Positions 57,695-64,000 of a DNA stretch of 64,000 nucleotides are shown one piece after another. Position numbers and translations under genes: made by a program. How positions within the stretch are numbered: position 1 is the stretch's first letter; the number at the start of each line of letters is the position of its first letter. The stretch comes from an uncultured delta proteobacterium (GTDB lineage: Bacteria > Desulfobacterota > Binatia > HRBIN30 > BPIQ01), in contig CAVXGR010000005.1 in the NCBI GenBank assembly GCA_963761335.1, forward strand, positions 160,001 to 224,000, given 5' to 3'. The notes under the pieces are model-generated. The model did not search any database, had not been told where the DNA came from, and was given only the letters and a program-made list of their open reading frames with translations.

Positions 57695-60532
57695 TCAAGG
57701 AGAGCGATTCGTTTCCAGCGGCCGCCGAGCGTCTGGCATCTCGAGAACGAACGTCCCGTTGCGCGCGCGCTCGGTCGCGGTCAGCGTAGAGAAGTCCAAC
57801 CCGGCCCAGTTCTCGAACTCCGTCAGGCTCCTGGCGCTCCCTAGACCGAAACGATCAAGTGCCACAGTTGCCTCGAGCGCTGTCGACTTCCGGAAGCCAA
57901 CCAGATGATGGAGACGCTCCCGCCCGCGGCCCTCCAAAGAGACCCAGTCGGGATGATCGTCCCAATGCAGCGGGCGCAGATTGCCGCGATCGTCGAGGTG
58001 CTTGTAGTAGTGATATACGACGATGCGGCTCGGATGGTAAACGTCCCATCCGTGAGTAAACAACCGCACCGCGAGGGAGATCTCCTCCTGATTGAAGTAC
58101 ATGTGCGGGTCGTACGGGACTTCCTCGATGACCCTCCCCCGCGCAAACACGTACGCCGCTGCCACGAAGGCCCCCCGCAACGGCGAGCTCGGCACCGCGT
58201 CGAGCATGCGCCCATATCCGCGCACGTCGCCCTCGGTGTCGAACGGGTGGAGGCACTGCACGGCGGGCCGCGCGTCTTCCTCCAGCCAGTCCGGCGGGGT
58301 GTAGCGTGGAGGCCCGACGCTGAGCAGCGGCTTCGAGCTCGCGCACCGCTTCAGCTCATCGATCAGCACCTCGTCCCAGTGCGGGATGAAGCGCATGTGA
58401 CTGTCGATCATGAGCACGTAGTCTTCTCCGCGATACAGCCCCTGGGCCTGGGTACGTGCCCAGCACACTCCTCTGCTGTCGCCAGCGCGGAAGCCGACCG
58501 CACGCACCTGGGCCGGACGCGGATTGGGCTCGACGAAACAGTGCTGGTCGGCCTTGGGATCAAACTGCCAACAAATGCCGACGAAGATGCGGTCCGGATG
58601 TTTCGCCTTGGCGAACAGATCCTTCATCGTCCACTGACATTCCGGATCGCGGTAGCTGGCGATCTGCACAAAAATCGACGGCTCGGTCGCCACGAGCGGC
58701 GGATCCGGGCGGCTCAGCGCGGCGTCGGGCGAAAGGCGCGAAACTGGAGAGCGGGCGCGCGGCGCCAGCGTCTCATAGAGCGTGCGCGTCTCCTCATCAA
58801 ATCGAGGCTCCAGCTTGCCTACACGCTCGAGCGGAAGTCGCCCCAGGTCTTGCCAAAGCGCCGCGAACCCGTCCTCTCCGCGCTCACTGGCATGGGGGTG
58901 GGCCCCGGGGTCCCAACGATATACGTAGGTCGGCCCTGCGTTCGCGTAGGTGACAACCTCGCCATGTCGCCGCAGGGCTTGGCCGAGCAGTGTGTCACCT
59001 TCAAGGCGTCCGATGTCAGCAGGGTACCCCCCGCAAGCTTGGTAAAGCGAGCGGGTGTAGGCCCAGCTTCCGTGGTGTCCGATCGTCTGTGTCTCTTCCT
59101 TTACCTGTCCGTGCGGCAGCCACGAATTGCAGTAGATGCGCCCAGGCATCAATATCTGCATCGGAGCTGAGGAAGGATCCGGTTCGCGCGAGCGCTGTCT
59201 CTCGAACGCGGCCGCAATGGCCGACAGATGGTGCGGGAGATAGACATCGTCGTCCTCCCAAACGACGATGATCTCTCCCTGAGTCATGCCTACCAATGCA
59301 TCGAACTTTTGCCACAGCGATGGAAACCGCTCCGAGCGTGAGGCCAGAAACCACCCGGGACCGTGCTGCGTGTCGAATTGGCCCGCATCATCGAGAATGA
59401 TCAGCTCACGGCGTTCGAGCGGATAGTCCTGCGCCTCCCAACACGCCACCGCGTTGGCCAGCAGCGCGGGGCGTTTATACGTTGGGCAGATCGCCGACAG
59501 CAATGGCGCTCGTTCAGCGTGGCCGGCCCAAGGGAGCTGACCGGTGCGGATCCTTGCCACATTGGTCAACGGCCGAGGGCGCAACTCGGACAGCGCGGCG
59601 GCCGGTATCACAGCGTCCCACTTCTCCGCCAGCGCGACGACGACTCGGCCCAGCGGTACGCGAAGATGGTAACGCTGTGCACGCGAGAGGAGCTCGTCCC
59701 AGTCGAGCGCGTCAGCCTCGCGCGACAGGAGCGCCGCGATCTCGTAGTACCAGATGAGCCCGCGGCCGCCGCGGCGAGTTGCGAGGTGGTTGGCCAGGTG
59801 CAGGACTTGCGCTTCCATTCCGAGTACGAGGGCTCTCTCGCCTGCGACCTGCACACGCTCGGCGGTATCCCAAAACCAGTCGGGATCGTTGCGGTCTCCA
59901 TCGTGGTGCGCGTCGAGCAGCTTCCCATGCAGCGCAATGCAGGTCGGTGCGCCGCCGGGTTTGACAAAGAGCTGCTGGCGATCGTTCTCCATCGGCCCAA
60001 GCTGAAGACCAGCGACCCCCGCCGCCTGGTAGCCGAGGTGTTCCAAGATCCCATAGGCCACGGTTAGGTCTTGCGAGCGAACGCAGATGTCGAGATTGCG
60101 CATTGGGCGCAGCGAGATGTCACCGTAGACCCGCTCAGCCAGCGCCGCACCCTTGAGTACAAGGCACGGCACGTGCTCGTCGGCGAAAACGCGCAGGCAT
60201 ATCGCCAGCTCCTGCAGCAGCTGACGGTTGCGTAGCCTGCTCTGACGGTAGGCAAGTCGAAAGCGGGCTTCGACGTCGCGGGTGGCAAGGCGCCGGCCGC
60301 GGGTGATGAGATGCATGAGCGGTCCCAAACGCTCGGCCTCGATGAGCACCTGCGCCGCAGCCCAGCCACCGGCCAGCGATTTCGCTTCCACGGGCAAACG
60401 CTCAAAGGGCAGGTGCCCCATGTGGACGCGAAGACTGGTACGCAGGAACGCCTCAGGATCGATCATGAACTCATGGTCCACGCTCGGCATACACCGCTTT
60501 GCGTTCGGAGGCACGAGTCGGGTGCGGCGCAA
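57695..60532 (-). CDS. Triple fusion: nucleotidyltransferase + GT2 + Skp1-type hydroxyproline GlcNAc-transferase (GT60-like)
   Basis: 'LVLKGAALAERVYG...RPMRNLDI'; 'SAICPTYKR', 'WEDDDVY'; 'IFVQIASYRDPEC', 'GVCWAR', 'MIDSHMRF', 'PYDPHMYFNQEE'. Start may be 60490. Confidence 0.85.
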   Translation of the reverse strand: MRRTRLVPPNAKRCMPSVDHEFMIDPEAFLRTSLRVHMGHLPFERLPVEAKSLAGGWAAAQVLIEAERLGPLMHLITRGRRLATRDVEARFRLAYRQSRLRNRQLLQELAICLRVFADEHVPCLVLKGAALAERVYGDISLRPMRNLDICVRSQDLTVAYGILEHLGYQAAGVAGLQLGPMENDRQQLFVKPGGAPTCIALHGKLLDAHHDGDRNDPDWFWDTAERVQVAGERALVLGMEAQVLHLANHLATRRGGRGLIWYYEIAALLSREADALDWDELLSRAQRYHLRVPLGRVVVALAEKWDAVIPAAALSELRPRPLTNVARIRTGQLPWAGHAERAPLLSAICPTYKRPALLANAVACWEAQDYPLERRELIILDDAGQFDTQHGPGWFLASRSERFPSLWQKFDALVGMTQGEIIVVWEDDDVYLPHHLSAIAAAFERQRSREPDPSSAPMQILMPGRIYCNSWLPHGQVKEETQTIGHHGSWAYTRSLYQACGGYPADIGRLEGDTLLGQALRRHGEVVTYANAGPTYVYRWDPGAHPHASERGEDGFAALWQDLGRLPLERVGKLEPRFDEETRTLYETLAPRARSPVSRLSPDAALSRPDPPLVATEPSIFVQIASYRDPECQWTMKDLFAKAKHPDRIFVGICWQFDPKADQHCFVEPNPRPAQVRAVGFRAGDSRGVCWARTQAQGLYRGEDYVLMIDSHMRFIPHWDEVLIDELKRCASSKPLLSVGPPRYTPPDWLEEDARPAVQCLHPFDTEGDVRGYGRMLDAVPSSPLRGAFVAAAYVFARGRVIEEVPYDPHMYFNQEEISLAVRLFTHGWDVYHPSRIVVYHYYKHLDDRGNLRPLHWDDHPDWVSLEGRGRERLHHLVGFRKSTALEATVALDRFGLGSARSLTEFENWAGLDFSTLTATERARNGTFVLEMPDARRPLETNRSP

Positions 60533-60594
60533 CGAAGAAAAATGGGCTCAGTCCGAGTACACAGGCTCAGCTGTTCATGCAGGCGACACAGGCG

Positions 60595-60983
60595 AGGTCA
60601 AGGCGCATCATCATATCTCCGGCCCGCAGCAGATCGATCACCGCGTCCGGTTCGGTCTCTCCGAGCGCTGGCGTCGTGCGCTGGGCCCGGGGCGGTTGTG
60701 GGCGCGGAAGGGGGCCCATCTCTCTGAAGCCGTGTCTGGAGTTTGGACGGTTGGCTCGTGGCGATGACCGCCCCGCGAGGGGGCGCAGGCGTGCCGCCCC
60801 GGGTGCCAGAGGCTTGTCTCAAAACCCGGGTAGAACGATTCCGCCGGCCCGCGGGCCAAGGTAGAAGCGGCGTCTCGCCGCTTCGGAAAGCGCCGGGACG
60901 GCGCTTCTACTCCAAAGAAAGTGAGCGGGGTCTCTGCAACCGTGGTGCGTACCTCGCTCTGACGTGAAGGTGATTGCCGCGGC
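60595..60983. repeat. Direct repeat copy 2 (contains family A REPIN at 60861-60910)
   Basis: Aligns with 54968-55302, with a divergent and longer central segment. Confidence 0.88.
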
Positions 60984-61004
60984 TTGCCATCGGCTGCGAT
61001 CCAG

Positions 61005-61325
61005 TCACCCCTCCTTGAAGGCCCGCACCAGGTCGACCACCGCGTCGGGCTCGGTCTCGTTGTAGATCGGGGGAGCGACCGGCGTCGGCGGCCCCCTGGG
61101 CGAGCGCGGGCAGGGCGCGCTCGCGCACGTAGTTGGGGGAATTCAACGGATGAACGATCCAGCGATCCGCGACCTCCCCGACCACGCGAATCATCGCGGG
61201 GCCGAAGCCGGCGAGGGCGATTCTGGGCCAGCCGTGTGGGTTCGGCCCGGGGCTGAAGAACGGCGTCATGAGCGTGTGCGTGTAGAACTCGCCGCGGTGC
61301 GCCAGGCGCTCGCCCGTCTCCCAGG
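61005..61325 (-). pseudogene. Fragment of F420-dependent LLM-class oxidoreductase
   Basis: 'GEFYTHTLMTPFFSPGPNP...ALAGFGPAMIRVVGEVAD..IVHPLNS' plus frameshifted tail 'YNETEPDAVVDLVRAFKEG*'. Confidence 0.75.
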
Positions 61326-61889
61326 ACGGCTGGCCCCCCCGGACTTCGCGGCGCGCAAGCAGAGCAGGCCGACCACGTCGGCCAGATCGCAGTGGTAGGC
61401 GATGTCGCCGGCCGTGCGATAGCGGCGTACGAAGGGATCCTCGGCCTCCTCTCCCATGTCGGTGACGTGGCCAAGCAGATCGCCGGCACCGCTCTGGGCC
61501 CCGGGCCGGCCCAGGTGCAGGCCTAGACACCAGAACGCCATGGCCGCGCCGGCGTCACCCCAACGTTCCACCGGCAGGCCACGCACCAAGAGAAACCCGC
61601 GGCCGTCCGTGAGCTCGCGGCGCCACTCGCCGATGCGCGCGGCCAGCCGGGGCAGCGGAAAATCCTCGACCTGTGCCTCGGCCATGGCCCGGCCGCTGCG
61701 GCGAACGCAGGCCAGCGCGTTGTCGAGCTCAGCGACGTCGGCCTCGGTCAGGGCGACGCGCCAGCTCTCCTCTTCGCGAAGCTCGGCACCTCGCCATGCC
61801 GCGGCGACCTGGAGCGGCGCGCGCAAGACCTCCTCCTGGTCGCGCTGAAAGTAGTGAAGCGCCTGCTCGACGAAGCTCAGGTACGCCAC
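61326..61889 (-). pseudogene. C-terminally truncated TauD/TfdA family dioxygenase
   Basis: 'AAWRG', 'GRGFLLVRGLP', 'GDLLGHV.D', 'YHCD..DVVGLLCL..AKSGG.S', then joined to LLM fragment. Confidence 0.8.
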
Positions 61890-62111
61890 GGTCTCACTCC
61901 AACGTGAGCTGCTCTGCGAGCGCCTCGAGCTGGACGACGTCCACGGTCGCGGGCGATGCCGGCACCACTCGAGCGCGCCGGCGCAGACCATGTCCCGCGG
62001 CACAAGGTCCTATGGATTACCCAGACACTTGCCTCCAAGAGGGCAAGGATAGGCGCAATACTGGGCCGGAATTTCAGCGGAAGTGTCTGTTGGTCAGCCA
62101 CTCGTTGAGGT

Positions 62112-63224
62112 TCAACCCCGATCACCGCTCTTCGACGCTGTCGGCCGGAAGCAGTCGATCAGTTCTTTGCAGAATCGCACGACGGCGGCGCCCTTGTGCG
62201 GCGCGGTGTTCCCGAGGCGGACGGCGATCAGGTCGAGCTTGGGACTGATCAGAACGCGCTGGCCGAAGGCGCCGCTGCAATGGAAGAGGCCGAGGCTCCC
62301 CGGGATGACCCAGAAGTGAGCGCCGTAGAGGCCGCCCGATTGCGGCGTCGGGCGACGCGAGTAATCCACCCAGCTCTCCGGCAGGATCCGGCTGCCGTCC
62401 CACACCCCGTCGCGCAGGTAGAGATAGCCAAAGCGGGCGAAGTCGCGGGCGCTGCAGTAGCAGCTGGCAGAGCCGATGAAGGTCCCGGCCGCATCGAATC
62501 TCGGGTCGGCGGTCTTCATGCCGAGGGGTCCGAACAGCTCGCGCTGCATGAAGGCGCGCATCTCGGCCTCGCCTCCGCCGACAGTCTCGCTCACCAGCCG
62601 CGAGAGCAGGTTGCTGGCGCCGCTGTTGTAGTTCCACCGCGACTCCGGCTCCGCCTGATAGGGCAGGGTGGCGGCGAAGGCGGCGGCGTCGTTCTTGCCG
62701 GAGCCGAACAGCATGGGGATCACGTCGGACTCCTCTTCCGGGTAGTAGCGGATGGAGCCGTCGCCCAGGTGCTCCGCTTCGCGGAAGCGGAGGCCATCGA
62801 CCATGCGCAGCATCTGGTCGATGGTGATCCGCCGGCGCGGATCGCCGGCCGCCCACTCCTTCACGGGAATCGGCTGCGAGATGTCGAGCCGCCCCTGCCG
62901 CGCCAGAATGCCGACGAGACCGCTGGTGATGCTCTTCGCCATCGACCAGGAAATGAAGGCGCGGTCGGGATCGACGCCCACTCGATAGCGCTCGGCGACG
63001 ATGGCGCCGTGCTGCACGACGACCACGGCGTTGGTGCGCTCGAGATCGTCCGGCTCGGGCTGACGGAAAGCGTGATCCATCAAGGCGTCGAGCTTGGCGC
63101 GATCGACGCGCGGATCGAGCTCGGCATACGGCCAGGCCTGCGTCGGCCAGGGAATGCCCTCGGGATGCGACGGCAGCGGGAGCAGTGGGGGCGAAGCGAG
63201 GGTCTGCGCACCGAAAGAAGGCAT
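62112..63224 (-). CDS. Serine hydrolase, beta-lactamase/AmpC-like family
   Basis: SxxK 'SWSMAKS', 'WNYNSG', 'RDFARFG.LYL.DG.W', 'GAFGQ'. Confidence 0.92.
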   Translation of the reverse strand: MPSFGAQTLASPPLLPLPSHPEGIPWPTQAWPYAELDPRVDRAKLDALMDHAFRQPEPDDLERTNAVVVVQHGAIVAERYRVGVDPDRAFISWSMAKSITSGLVGILARQGRLDISQPIPVKEWAAGDPRRRITIDQMLRMVDGLRFREAEHLGDGSIRYYPEEESDVIPMLFGSGKNDAAAFAATLPYQAEPESRWNYNSGASNLLSRLVSETVGGGEAEMRAFMQRELFGPLGMKTADPRFDAAGTFIGSASCYCSARDFARFGYLYLRDGVWDGSRILPESWVDYSRRPTPQSGGLYGAHFWVIPGSLGLFHCSGAFGQRVLISPKLDLIAVRLGNTAPHKGAAVVRFCKELIDCFRPTASKSGDRG

Positions 63225-63406
63225 GGTGCGCAGCATACGCCGCCGAGGTCGCCGCGGGCAACGCCCGCGCCCTATCCTGTCGGCACGCAAAGTGGACGGG
63301 GTCGGACCTCAGCAACCCTTTGATAATCCTCGCAAATCGTCCCTGGATGAGGCCCTGTGAGAGCTTGGGCGTGTAATTTCGATGGCAAAATGGGCCGTCC
63401 TGCGCG

Positions 63407-63523
63407 CATGGCGTGCGCCGTCAGAGCCACGATCGGCACATGGGAGCCGTTGGCTCGTTCGCGTTCGCGGAGCGCCGCCGTGGCCTCGAAACCGTCCATC
63501 TCGGGCATCTGCACATCCATGAG
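63407..63523 (-). pseudogene. Isolated response-regulator receiver fragment
   Basis: '[22 protein letters not shown]...[12 protein letters not shown]', without the N- or C-terminal parts of the receiver domain. Confidence 0.7.
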
Positions 63524-63570
63524 CCTCGAGCTGTCTGCATGACTCAACCGTCCAGCGGGCGCTGTGCTAA

Positions 63571-64000
63571 CTAACCGGTCACCTCCGCCGCTGTCTGCGC
63601 CGGCGGCGGCTCGACTGGTGCAGCGGCAGTGGGCGGACCCAACGGCAGCAGGGAGTCGATGAGCGAGAACAATCTGCTCGGCTGAATCGGCTTGGCGACG
63701 TAGCCGTCCATGCCGGCCTGCAGGCAGCGCTCCTCGTCGCCCTTCAGGGCGTGAGCGGTCATGGCGATGATCGGGATGTGCGTGTCGCTCATCTGCTCAC
63801 GCGCCCGAATCGCTGCGGTTGCTTCGAAGCCGTCCATCTCCGGCATTTGCACATCCATCAGCACGACGTCGAAAGCTTCCCGGTCGAAGGCGCTCACGGC
63901 AGCCGCGCCGGTCGCGGCCACCTCGACCGTGTGGCCGTGCTTCTCCAACAGGCGTATGCCGAGCTTCTGGTTGACCAAGTTGTCCTCGGCGAGCAGCACG
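63571..64000 (-). CDS. Receiver domain, probable C-terminus of hybrid histidine kinase (5' partial)
   Basis: '[10 protein letters not shown]', '[11 protein letters not shown]', 'MTAHA', 'GMDGYVAKP'; ORF runs off the window edge. Confidence 0.88.
   Translation of the reverse strand, partial: VLLAEDNLVNQKLGIRLLEKHGHTVEVAATGAAAVSAFDREAFDVVLMDVQMPEMDGFEATAAIRAREQMSDTHIPIIAMTAHALKGDEERCLQAGMDGYVAKPIQPSRLFSLIDSLLPLGPPTAAAPVEPPPAQTAAEVTG

Noticed and set aside
55477..60532. Lasso peptide or PQQ biosynthesis cluster
   Set aside because: No asparagine-synthetase-like cyclase, transglutaminase-like peptidase or pqqABCE genes in the window.
1419..60910. Repeated ~50-bp palindromes as a CRISPR array
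   Set aside because: Copies are dispersed over kilobases, with no regular spacers and no cas genes.
61894..61960. Minus-strand stretch reading ASPATVDVVQLEALAEQLTLE* upstream of TauD
   Set aside because: Looks like a gene tail, but the family cannot be identified by eye.

Overview
High-GC bacterial chromosomal window with about 45 CDSs and no rRNA, tRNA, CRISPR or intact transposase recognised. The secreted Cys-rich, cohesin-like and beta-helix lipoproteins resemble those of Candidatus Binatia/Myxococcota-like lineages (inference). Contents: (i) secreted and regulatory genes (OxyR, a tandemly duplicated sensor kinase, TreT-like GT4); (ii) a 16-kb tailoring and surface-glycan locus at 15.7-31.6 kb (GT2, HemN-like radical SAM, beta-decarboxylating dehydrogenase, isochorismatase-ALDH fusion, Rieske oxygenase, GT, nucleotidyltransferase, HprK-like kinase, APH, Wzx, GT-C-like, FAD oxidoreductase); (iii) rnhB, a VapBC-like TA pair and a large modular GH30 protein; (iv) several deletion-scarred pseudogenes; (v) two families of REP-like palindromes. 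The best candidate for a new system is the three-gene cassette at 55.5-60.5 kb, bracketed by 330-390 bp direct repeats. It encodes an RRE/PqqD domain fused to a twin-arginine-like leader and a Pro/Thr/Ser-rich tail, an HprK-like kinase fused to a prolyl-4-hydroxylase-like 2OG-Fe(II) oxygenase, and a nucleotidyltransferase-GT2-Skp1-type hydroxyproline GlcNAc-transferase (GT60) triple fusion. This suggests a RiPP-like bacterial hydroxyproline-glycopeptide pathway. All family calls come from motif recognition by eye, not database searches.
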